A stretch of DNA of 64,000 bases from Alphaproteobacteria bacterium (GTDB lineage: Bacteria > Pseudomonadota > Alphaproteobacteria > UBA828): NCBI GenBank assembly GCA_965214705.1, contig OZ243972.1, forward strand, positions 3,968,001 through 4,032,000, written 5' to 3'. Positions 55,382 to 64,000 of this stretch are shown here, one piece after another. The notes beneath the pieces are model-generated. The model was not told the origin of the DNA, did no database searches, and saw nothing but the letters and a program-made list of their open reading frames with translations. How positions within the stretch are numbered: the first letter of the stretch is position 1; each line of letters begins with the position of its first letter. Position numbers and translations under genes: made by a program.

Positions 55382-57031
55382 CTTATGAGCTCTCTCCGCA
55401 AGGCCCGGCTTCATCTACGTCAATGGCATTCGCAATCTCTCCACTCGAATCCGCGGCCGATGTCCAGGCAGAACGTCGTTTCCACGCAGCGATCCGCCAC
55501 GCTGCTCAGCTCTTATCCGGTTCGGAACTCCGGCGCTTGCCGGCTCCGTGACCCCAATACCGCATCCAAGCGGTGGTGACGTTCCGGGAGGCGGGACCCA
55601 TCTGTAGAACGGTGCCAAGCGGCGACCCAACTCTTGCCCGGTCACACGCCTTGCCCGGCATCCTCCGCGGCCGCGTCCGACCACGTCGGAACCTCCTGTA
55701 TTTTCCCGTTCGTTCGGCCGGTGCCCTCAGGAGACGATGGCGCCCTCAGGCACCAGTCCTTGGGTGGCATAGCGCCACAGCGCGATCAGCAGCTTGCGCG
55801 CGACCCCCACGATCGCCCGCTTCCTCGCTCGCCGGTCCCTCCCGCCACCGGCATCCCTGGCGACGTAGGCGTGGAACCACTTCGTGATCGCGCTTTCCGG
55901 TTGCAGCTTCAGCCAGCGCCAAGCCATCTGGATCATGTGCTTCCTGACATGCGAGGGGCCGGCCTTGCTGATGCCAAGATCGTGGTCGACATCTCCGCTC
56001 GCCCACGGCACCGACGTCAACCCGGCCCAGCTGCCCAACTCCCGGCGATTGCGGAAGTCCCGATAGAACACCTCGCCAGCCAGCAGTGTGGCGTCATTGA
56101 GGCCGATGCCATGGATGCGCGTAAGCGCCGCGATCATCGCCGTCCCGTCACGATTGGTCGCGTCCTGGGCTTTCCGGCCAGCCTTCAGCAGGGCCCTCTT
56201 CTCGGCCTCGATCATCTCGATATGCTCCTCAACCAGGCGAAGCATCCCCACCGCCCTCTCAATCTCTGCCCGCGCACGCGGCGGCAACGGCGCCCCATAG
56301 CCCGTCCGCGCGGTCGCGAGGCGTTCGAGGAAGTCCGGCTTGCGCGGCGCCAGATCGAAGATGCCGTGCAACTGCAAGAGCCCTTTGATCCGGTTGTTGA
56401 CGCGGGTACGCTCGCTGATCAGCGTGTCCCTCTCGCGCAGCAGGCGCTTGGCATCCTCCTGGTCCACATCGGGCACGCGCACCCAGGACATGGCCTCCGA
56501 ATCGCCTTGGTCCCATGCCTTCAGAGCCCGAACCATCCTCCTCGCGTCGATACGGTCGGTCTTTTTCTTCTTGGCGCGCCGGTTCACCCGCAGGCTCGCC
56601 GGATCGTTCATGAAGATATCGATCTCCGCGTCACGGCGCTCGATATCGCGGGCAAGCCAGAACCCCTCGTAGCCCGCCTCGTAGGTCAGCATCACCCGAG
56701 GACGGGCGCCGAGCTCCCTCGCCACCCGTTCCCGCACCGACCCGACGAGATCCAACAGTCCCGCCGTGTCGGCAGCAGCCAGTGTGTGGATGCTGATGCT
56801 GCCACCCGAGGCATCCGGGCAATGCACGCCAACGATCCACGATTTGAGGCTGATCTCCACCGCGACATAAATCGTGCTACTACTTGCGCCTGTCAGCGCG
56901 GTCGTGTCTGGACCATCCGACATCCGTCCACTCCGTTGTTGACGATTCCGCTCGGAGAGAAGGTGCTGGCCTTCTCTCCGAGCTTGTCTAACCGCCAGAA
57001 TCGATTCGGTGCCACCGTGCTCATGGTATCT
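55382..57031 (-). mobile_element. IS110-family element #3 (IS1111-like layout, long downstream non-coding end); recombinase 56923-55727
   Basis: YVAVEIS, TYEAGYEGFWL, KTDRIDA, WASG, GVARKL; empty site visible in IS91 copy 1 at 5311-5330. Confidence 0.9.
55490..55660 (-). ncRNA. Putative seek/bridge RNA of IS110 #3 (approximate limits)
   Basis: Target-matching 55638-55628 and 55612-55603; donor-matching 55561-55556 and 55516-55510; each pair separated by a hairpin. Confidence 0.7.
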
Positions 57032-57041
57032 GAAGAGCGGA

Positions 57042-57437
57042 GTGCGCCAGGCGAACTGGTGCGAGTGCAGTTGGTGAAAGTCCAACAGGAAGGAGAAGGT
57101 GAGCCACCACTTCCACCCCGAGTCATGGGCCGTCGCTCGCGAGGGCGAGGGTCAAGCGTTGACAGGGGCGCGTGTGGGCGGGGCTATTGAGCACCGAAAG
57201 AAACATCATCCGGGATGCCGAGGCTCTTTCGTTGGCCGAAGGTCGCATCTGGCCCACCGATATGGCGAGGGGGGTCTGAATCCCGCGGTGTCAGAGAACC
57301 CACGCACGTACGTACGCACTGCACCGGGACCTGGGAGGTCTCCATGTCATCCCGCTGAGTCGTGGCGGGAACGCTGAGGAAAGGAGGAGTCCGTAACCGA
57401 AGATGAACGACATGGAGAAATCAGACTCGGCCATAGT
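57042..57437 (+). ncRNA. Group II intron A, 5' part (domains I-II and start of III)
   Basis: Starts GTGCG exactly where IS91 homology stops; GGTGAAAGTCC, GCGAG loop, GACCTGGGAGGTC, GAGAAATCAGACTCGGCCATAGT; candidate EBS1 TTCGTT (57228-57233) pairs with AGCGGA. Confidence 0.85.
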
Positions 57438-59606
57438 GTGTGCTGGGCAGCGCCCAGATCAGGTGGGTTCAAGTCCCACTGGCGCTCGGGTAAGGGGCGC
57501 CATATCCAAAAGTGGGGGTAATTCCTCACTGGCCGGAGTGAGCCGATAAGCGAAACTCTAAACGGGCACGAAGCCGGAAACGGCGGAGACAGCCAAGGGA
57601 GGAGCTAAGTTGGTCCACTGTCGAAAGACAACCGGAAGGCAGGGTGTCCACCGCGAGGTGGAATCTGAAGGGCTTGCGGAGAAGTACCGGGCCGTAATCG
57701 AGGGGGCCACCCCATGATGAATCGGTCGGCCAAAGACGGGGCAAGGTCGAGCCGGCACTATGGCGGCGAAGGCGTTCTTACCCACCCGTCGCACCAAGGT
57801 GTTTGCGAGCGGCACGGTACGGAAGATCTGGACGTGACCCCAGGAGGGTGTGATTCTCGTATGGCGATATGCCAGTCGTGATGGCGCTAAAGGATATGGG
57901 CTGGTTCATTTTGGTCAAGCAGCGAGTGCCAGGACTTCGGTTGGGCTGATGTTGTCGTTAGCTGGTCCGGATCGGGCGTCCATGAGCGCATCCCATGCCC
58001 GGTCGAAGAGGCCGGATTTGATCAGGGCGCGGAAGGTCAGAACCGCCTGCCCGCCGTCGATCCGCCAGCGCATGCCCGAGCGTTTCAAGCGCTGCGCGAC
58101 GAGGGTCTTGCAGGCCGCCTCGACCACACCCGAGCCGATGGCGATGCCCTCTTCCTTCAGGGCGTGGTAGCGCATCCGATGGCGGTGCTTTCGGAAGAAG
58201 GCCAGTTCGCGCTCGATCTCGGCCGGGTCCCCCTTTGCCCTGTCCAGGAGGTAGCGCAGTGCCCGGATCACCTTGTCGACGCCGCGGGGGTCGTGGCGCA
58301 GGATTTCGCGGTGCTTCTCGAACCAGTGGCGCGCCACCGCATGGTCAGAGGCCACGCGGAGATGCTCGCAAGCGTGCCAGAAGTCGATGACCTCGGTCTC
58401 GGGCGAGAGGCTTTCGAGGAAGGTCCAGTTGTCGGCGGCCCCGTCGGCGACGGCGCCGATCCTGATCTTCGGGCTCACACGGCGGATATGGGCGACCTCG
58501 CTTGCAAGTTGCGCTTTCAGCGCGGCCTTGCCGCTCTCGGGCATACGGCCGAGATAGAGGGTCTTCAGCCGTTGGCCCTCGGCGTCGTGGAAGGAGACCG
58601 TGCCGCAAGAGGCCTCGCGCCAGCACGCCTCGGCACGGCCGTCCTCGCCGGCCCGCAGCGCCACCATGACGCCGTCAAGGGAGACGGACGCGGTGACCGC
58701 ATCGGGCGGTATGCCCTGGGTTTCACGGATGCTGGCCAGCGTCTCCGGGGCGACGCTCTCCCAGTGCTCATGCATGCTCAGGGCCAGGCGCTGCAGCGTG
58801 CTCACCGACGGCGTCATTCCGCCCATTTTCGCGAAGAACTCCTCCGCTTCACGCGGCGTACAGTGGCCCATCATCATCAGCCCGAGCTGCGCCGCCGGCC
58901 GCGTCAGGTAGTCGTCGATGAGGCCCAGGCTCTCGTCCACCGGCACCAGCGACGTGCTGCTCGCGCCGCTGCGATAGCGCGCACGCCGATAGGTCACGGG
59001 ACCGAGCGTCGTCATGATCGTCTTCGGCGTCGCCGCCACCCGGACCCAGCTCTGTCCGTCGCGCTCGATCCGGCTCGCACCGTCGTCGCGGCTCTCGGCG
59101 AAGGCCCCAAGGAGCTTGCAACCCAAGCCGTTCATGGCGTCCCGCAGCCCCGTCTCAACCGTTTCGAACGTCTCGGCAGACGGGTCAGACCCAGCCTGTT
59201 CGCGACAGAACTCCACCACCTGGGCGACCGCTTCGGCGACTTCGGCAGGCAGGCCCAAAAGGTCGATGGACGAGGCGATGAGAGACTGCGACACTGGCAT
59301 GGGAACGCTCCTGATGTTGGGTCTGATGTTGGGTTGTCGGCGCGGCATCCTACCGCATCTCGCGGTGCGGAGCGTTCCCACCCACCACTGCTGGATGCCG
59401 CCGTTGTGACAAAATCCGGCCCTGCACCGGCCGATTGTCACGAAAACCCGATTCTGGCTGCCTACGGCCACCCGCCAATCGCGCTAAATCAATGACTTAC
59501 GATCGCCATGCCAGACCTCCAGACCTACACCCCCCCAGGAGGGCTCGCCGCGTTCCCGGGTGGCACCGGGATAACGGACCCTATAAGCCGAAAGGCGAAA
59601 TGGGAA
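57438..59606 (+). ncRNA. Group II intron B, 5' part, nested in intron A, split by an IS and cut off by IS1595
   Basis: Starts GTGTG; GGTTCAAGTCC; EBS1 ACTATGG (57757-57763) is the exact complement of the 7 nt before it; resumes at 59541 after the IS. Confidence 0.82.
57846..59532 (-). mobile_element. ISKra4/ISLre2-like (IS256-related) insertion sequence, transposase 59300-57915
   Basis: IRs GGGTGT(G/A)..TCT; 8-bp TSD CCCCAGGA; SLDGVM, VADGA, IDFWHACEH, IGSGVVEAACK. Confidence 0.9.
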
Positions 59607-59611
59607 GGGGA

Positions 59612-59794
59612 TTATATATCTGACTGAATGACGGGCTGATCCATGATGCCGGATGGCTCCGCCTCAGCCTCCCCGTCTTCGGCCTGTGGCTCGTGCCGCA
59701 ACAGCGCGCGGGCCACCATTTCAGGAGTCGCCCCCTCGTAGCGGGGGTTGAGCGTCTCCAACTCGTGTTTCAGCTTTTCAGCCTTCTCGGTCAT
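59612..59794 (-). CDS. Small hypothetical protein at the IS1595 end
   Basis: RBS GAAGG; 60 aa containing YEGATPEMVARALLR; stop codon falls in the putative IR. Confidence 0.6.
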   Translation of the reverse strand: MTEKAEKLKHELETLNPRYEGATPEMVARALLRHEPQAEDGEAEAEPSGIMDQPVIQSDI

Positions 59795-60210
59795 TGCGTT
59801 GCCTTCATTCCCGGTGGCGAGGGGGGGGCGATACTATATTGCATATTATCGCCCCCTCTGTCACCATGCCCGCGCTCACATCTGAGAAGCCCGCTTCGTC
59901 GGGCTACTCGCTGAATACAACAGCCCTTGTGTGGCTCGGGGTCGCTCCCCGGACCGGCGAATAGGCGGGACCTTCCAACGCTTCTTGGATGTGAGCAAAC
60001 GGCCCGGCACCCCGTCGGGCCGCGAGCAGAGGGCAGGCTACGCTATAAGAGATCGCCCCATCGGCTGGGGACGGGTGGTGCCCCGTCCCCAGCCTACCAC
60101 GGGGCTTGGTGTTGGCTTCGGAGAGCGCACCAAACCGCACGGCAATGACAGTCTATTACCGATCCCAAGCCGTACAAGAGGTGCCTCTCCGACGATTTTA
60201 GGAGAGCGCT

Positions 60211-60582
60211 ATGCACACTTGGTATGCCTCTTTGGCGGCAGCGGCCATGATGCTCGCCGCTGTCGCCACCACTCACGCGCGGGCAGATATCGTATGCCCA
60301 AAGGGCAGCCTGCACGACTTCGTTCCAAACGCGGTCTGGCAACAGTACGTCGCCAACAGCCGGGACTATATCGCTCGGATGCTCCGAAGGATGGAGGATG
60401 TCCGAGACCGCCAGATGGTCATGGAGCGGATGTTCGAGGAGGGCTTCATCGCCGCCACGGACATCGTGAACGCTCACTGCGTCTCGCGGCCGATTGGCGA
60501 GCCATGGAGCACAGAGATCAAGCAGAAGCGGCGCGAGGCTTGGTGCCGAGAATGGGGTGATGCCTATTTCTGCAAGAGGTGA
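60211..60582 (+). CDS. Hypothetical secreted protein with four Cys
   Basis: RBS AGGAG; signal-peptide-like N-terminus ending ARA; GTGA overlap with the next gene. Confidence 0.7.
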   Translation: MHTWYASLAAAAMMLAAVATTHARADIVCPKGSLHDFVPNAVWQQYVANSRDYIARMLRRMEDVRDRQMVMERMFEEGFIAATDIVNAHCVSRPIGEPWSTEIKQKRREAWCREWGDAYFCKR

Positions 60583-61361
60583 TCGCAAGAATCACCGTGC
60601 TTCCGATCTACGTCATCAACCTCGACCGCAGGCCGGATCGGCTCGCGGCAATCGCGGCGGACCTGGACCGGCTCGGCCTACCCTTCGAGCGCATCAAGGC
60701 CGTCGACGGCCAAGAGCTACAGGAAGATCTGGGCCCGGAGCCGCTTCTGAACCTGGCTGAGAAAGCGTGCGTGCTGAGCCATGCGAACGCGCTGCGGCAC
60801 CTCCTCCATTCAGAACACCCAGCGGCCGTGATCCTCGAGGATGACGCTGAGTTCGGAGAGGGGCTTGCGCAACTCTCCCGCTCGATCGACTGGTGGCCGG
60901 AAGGCACCTTGCTGCTGAAGCTGGACCAACCGTTCCCGAGAAAGCGGCTCGTCGGCCTGCCGTGTGGACGAACGCCGGACGGCCGCAACCTGAGAGAGAA
61001 CATCCGGTGGAGCTCAGGGTCGGTGGGCTACATCGCTACTCGCGCCGCTGCCGGCGAGATACTGGTGTCCCTCGAGACAGACAGCATCATGCCCTTCGAC
61101 GAACTGATGTTCGACTGCCGCATATCAGACCTAGCGCGCTGGCTCCGTGCAATGCAAGTCCAGCCCGCGCCTGTCCGGCAACGGGACCGCGGGAGACCGG
61201 ATGAATTCCCCTCGGATTTGGAGGACAGCCGCCAGACACCGGAGTCATTGAGTTATCGCCACCGCCGTCGACAGCGGCGCCGATTTCACCGTCGTCTGTA
61301 TCTCTGGATGTTGTGGGCAATCGGCAATGCGAAGAGCATGAAGATCACCTACTGCCCGTAA
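60579..61361 (+). CDS. Glycosyltransferase family 25 (LPS/LOS biosynthesis type)
   Basis: YVINLDRRPDR, IKAVDG, EKACVLSH, ILEDD, GYIATRAAA. Confidence 0.9.
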   Translation: MIARITVLPIYVINLDRRPDRLAAIAADLDRLGLPFERIKAVDGQELQEDLGPEPLLNLAEKACVLSHANALRHLLHSEHPAAVILEDDAEFGEGLAQLSRSIDWWPEGTLLLKLDQPFPRKRLVGLPCGRTPDGRNLRENIRWSSGSVGYIATRAAAGEILVSLETDSIMPFDELMFDCRISDLARWLRAMQVQPAPVRQRDRGRPDEFPSDLEDSRQTPESLSYRHRRRQRRRFHRRLYLWMLWAIGNAKSMKITYCP

Positions 61362-61601
61362 TCGCAGATTCAAACTGACCCACTACCCGCGATTGACGAC
61401 TGACCGGGTTTAGGCTATCCGCGGGCTCGTGGCCGTGACGAATCGCGGTGGCCTCGACTGACGAAGCCGGCCCTGGCGGGACCGGCTTCGGAACTGGGGT
61501 CCGGTGTAGACCTACCGAGGCGCACCGAACTGGCTCATCTGAGGTGGAAATCCTAGCGATTCCCGCGAGCCGGTCAAGTGCGCCCTCAAGAAGAGGGCAC
61601 A

Positions 61602-61826
61602 ATGCCGAAGAAATATCCGACCGGCTTCGATCTCAGCAAACGCTCATCCCGTTCTCGCAAATCGCGGAAGCCCGACCAACCTTCGATCAAGTATGGTGAT
61701 GTTGTCCGGCAGCGCCCGAATGGGCTGCCACTGCAAGTCACCGATGTGGAGGGCGATAAGGTCTACTGCGACGGGTTCATTGACCCGTTCGGGGCATCCG
61801 GCCTTGAAGTTGTGATCCGCTTCTAG
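61602..61826 (+). CDS. Small YodC/DUF2158-like protein
   Basis: IKYGDVVR...LQVTDVEGDKVYC pattern; RBS GAGGG. Confidence 0.55.
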   Translation: MPKKYPTGFDLSKRSSRSRKSRKPDQPSIKYGDVVRQRPNGLPLQVTDVEGDKVYCDGFIDPFGASGLEVVIRF

Positions 61827-63044
61827 TGTCCTGTCATTCATCAACTGTCGGATAGAGGCGTTTCAGCTTCACCCGTGCGTCGTCCGTGGTGAACTGCCAG
61901 TTGACGTTGCCCCGGATGCGGTCTCGGGACGCCTGCCAAGCCGCGACCTCGTCGCGCAGGACTTCGAGGGAGGCGATGCGGCGGTTGAGACACTGACGGA
62001 TCATGACGTTGAGCTCGACCTCGGCGACGTTGAGCCAACTGCCGTGCTTGGGCGTGTAGACGAACTCGAAGCGGTCCCACAGCGCCTTGGCCTGGTCCGG
62101 CGGAAATGCCTCGTAGAGGGCGCCGGGGCGGTGGGTGTTCAGGTTGTCCATCACAAGCGTGATCCTCTTGGCGCGGGGGTGGCGCTCGGCGATGTCGTTG
62201 AGGAAGTGCGCCCAGTCGGTTTTGGTTCTGCGCGCCGTCACCTTGGTCATACGCCGCCCGGCCAGGGGTTCGGTCGCCATGAACACGTTGCAGCTTCCGC
62301 AACGTCGGTACTCGTAGTCTTCGCGCGCCGGCCGACCCGGCGCTGCCGGAACCGGTTCGCGTGTCTCGCCGATCAGTTGCCGGGGCGTCTCGTCCATGCA
62401 CACCACCGGAAAGGCTGCATCGTAGGGACGCCGGTAGACGTCGAGAACCTTCTCCATCGCCGCGGCGAAGTCCGCGTTGCCCTGTGGGGGAATCACCCAG
62501 CCGACGCGCCGCCACGGCTTGATTGCGTTTTTTTTAGCACCCGGCGCACCGTCTCGTGCGACACGCTGTCGATGTGGCCGAGTTCCACGATGCGGTCCGC
62601 CAGCAACCGCAGCGACCACTGCGAGTGGCCCTCCGGCGGCTCGGCGCAGCTCAGCGCCACCAAGTGCGCCTCGAACTCGCCGTCGGCCTTGCGCACGTAG
62701 CTGGGACGGCGACCCTGCCGGCCACCGAGCGCCGCCGCCATGCCCGCCTCGACGAAACGCTTCTTGACCCGCTCCACCTTGCGCGCACTGATGCGCAGGA
62801 TCTCCGCAATGGCCTCCCCGTGCGCCCGGTGCTCGTTGAACTCGCCTTCGTCGCAGTTGAGCAGGATCAGCGCGTTGATCACCTTCTGTGACTGATGAGA
62901 GCCCTTGCGCGTGATCTCTGCGAGCTCGTCCCGCTCCTCCTTCTCCAAAGTCACCACGTAACGCTTCATGCCAGCCTCCTCGCCGTCGTGCGACGACGAG
63001 AAAGCTATCATGAAATGGGCGACATATCGTATGTGACATGACAC
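61826..63044 (-). mobile_element. IS630-family element with programmed frameshift (orfA 62969-62493, orfB to 61834)
   Basis: IRs TAGTGTC(C/A)TGTCA; TA duplication inside CTAG; A8 slippery run near 62528-62535; CMDETP, MDNLNTH, TPKHGSWLNVAE. Confidence 0.93.
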
Positions 63045-64000
63045 TAGGACCGCGCGCCTGAGTCCAGTCCGTTGTCGGCGATCAGGTCACGGTAGCACAG
63101 GCGCTTGCCGATCATCCCGGCGACCACCGCGCCCATCTGGTCGATGGTGTCGCTCTCGCGCACGTTGTGGCGGCCCGCGAACTCTTGGACGTACCGTTGC
63201 AGGTGCTTCGCGCTCAGCTTGTGGTAGACGCCCTTGTGCGCCCGCTTGAGCATGGACCAAAACGACTCCATGCCATTGACGTGGGCTTGGTTGCGGACAT
63301 ACTCGCCAGCACTGTGGTTCACGGCCTCGCGGTCGAACTCGCCTTCCAGCGGGTTGTAGGCTGCGCTTTCGTCCGTATAGACCTTCGCGCCCGGCTCGGT
63401 CTTCTCTGCGACGAAGCCCGCGACATGCGGGGCATCCGTGTTCTGAATGTGCCGCACCGCGACGCGGTTGGTGGCGCGGTCCTTGGTGCCGACCACGGCC
63501 TCTTTGCCGACTGCACCGCGCCCGCTCAGCGTCTTCCGCTTGGCCTTCGACATGTTCGCGCGCCGCCCACCCACGTATGTCTCATCGGCCTCGACCGGCC
63601 CCGAGAATAGCGATTCGCTCTCGGCGGACCAAGCCTCCCTGATCCGATGCAGCATGAACCAAGCGGTCTTCTGCGTCACCCGCAGGTCGCGATGCAGCTT
63701 CATCGACGACACGCCCTTGAGGCTGGTCATCTCCAGGTAGATGGCGAAAACCCACTTGCGCAGCGGAACCTTGGAGCGCTCCAAGGCCGTGCCGATCCGC
63801 ACCGAGAAGGCCCGCTTGCAGGCCGGGCAGTAGTAGGGCAGGCCGGACGTGGCGGACGCTTCCGCAGTCTCGGTGCATCCGCAGCGCGGGCAATGGCGAC
63901 CATCCGGCCAGACCAGAGACTCGAACCACGTGGCGGCGGAAGCCTCGTCCGGGAACATCTCGGTCAACTCGATCAGGCTGATTCCCTCGCGGTGCGCTTT
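63044..64000 (-). CDS. IS1595-family transposase (start beyond the window edge)
   Basis: CPRC...CPAC Zn ribbon, KGVSSMKLHRDL, VEADETYVG, YTDE, HVNGMESFW. Confidence 0.93.
   Translation of the reverse strand, partial: KAHREGISLIELTEMFPDEASAATWFESLVWPDGRHCPRCGCTETAEASATSGLPYYCPACKRAFSVRIGTALERSKVPLRKWVFAIYLEMTSLKGVSSMKLHRDLRVTQKTAWFMLHRIREAWSAESESLFSGPVEADETYVGGRRANMSKAKRKTLSGRGAVGKEAVVGTKDRATNRVAVRHIQNTDAPHVAGFVAEKTEPGAKVYTDESAAYNPLEGEFDREAVNHSAGEYVRNQAHVNGMESFWSMLKRAHKGVYHKLSAKHLQRYVQEFAGRHNVRESDTIDQMGAVVAGMIGKRLCYRDLIADNGLDSGARS

Larger units (their letters stand above)
54021..57041 (-). mobile_element. Second copy of the IS91-like element, transposase interrupted by IS110 #3 and then by a group II intron
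   Basis: Near-identical to 3960-5330; preceded by CAA; TGAAGAGCGGA (57031-57041) continues the copy-1 sequence. Confidence 0.93.
59607..64000 (-). mobile_element. IS1595-family (ISNwi1-group-like) element with passenger genes; other end outside the window
   Basis: End GGGGATTAT fits the ggnnatTAT consensus and coincides with loss of intron homology; transposase at 63044 to beyond 64000. Confidence 0.7.

Noticed and set aside
59311-59334. 12-bp tandem repeat CTGATGTTGGGT x2
   Set aside because: Only two units inside an IS end; likely slippage
1-64000. CRISPR or TIGR-like arrays, cas genes, retron or DGR reverse transcriptase
   Set aside because: No regularly spaced repeats and no RT or Cas motifs seen by eye

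Overview
GC-rich alphaproteobacterial-looking DNA (chvI/chvG, Rhodospirillales/Rhizobiales-style genes; taxonomy is inference). Roughly half of the window is mobile DNA. The host part holds catabolic clusters: a MocD-like desaturase, IlvD/Edd dehydratase, MocR regulator and transaldolase; a duplicated PxpB/PxpC-like pair with an enolase-superfamily enzyme and a fused E1; and a 2OG dioxygenase coupled to a non-canonical GlyA. It also holds chvIG, MATE, GSTs, MerR and HxlR modules, a broken MOBF relaxase and a split malonyl-CoA decarboxylase. The mobile part includes two copies of an IS91-like HUH transposon, IS1380, IS5, an IS5-type MITE, two IS4, two IS630, three IS110, IS3, IS256, IS1634, IS66, an ISKra4/ISLre2-like element, an IS1595 with cargo and two nested group II introns. 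Most junctions and target duplications can be read to the base. The main signal is that five putatively RNA-guided elements have each inserted into another mobile element. For the three IS110s, candidate guide-hairpin-guide (bridge/seek RNA) loops matching the reconstructed target and donor junctions are readable in their non-coding ends. For the introns, EBS1/IBS1 pairings are readable. All motif matching was by eye; no database search or folding was run.
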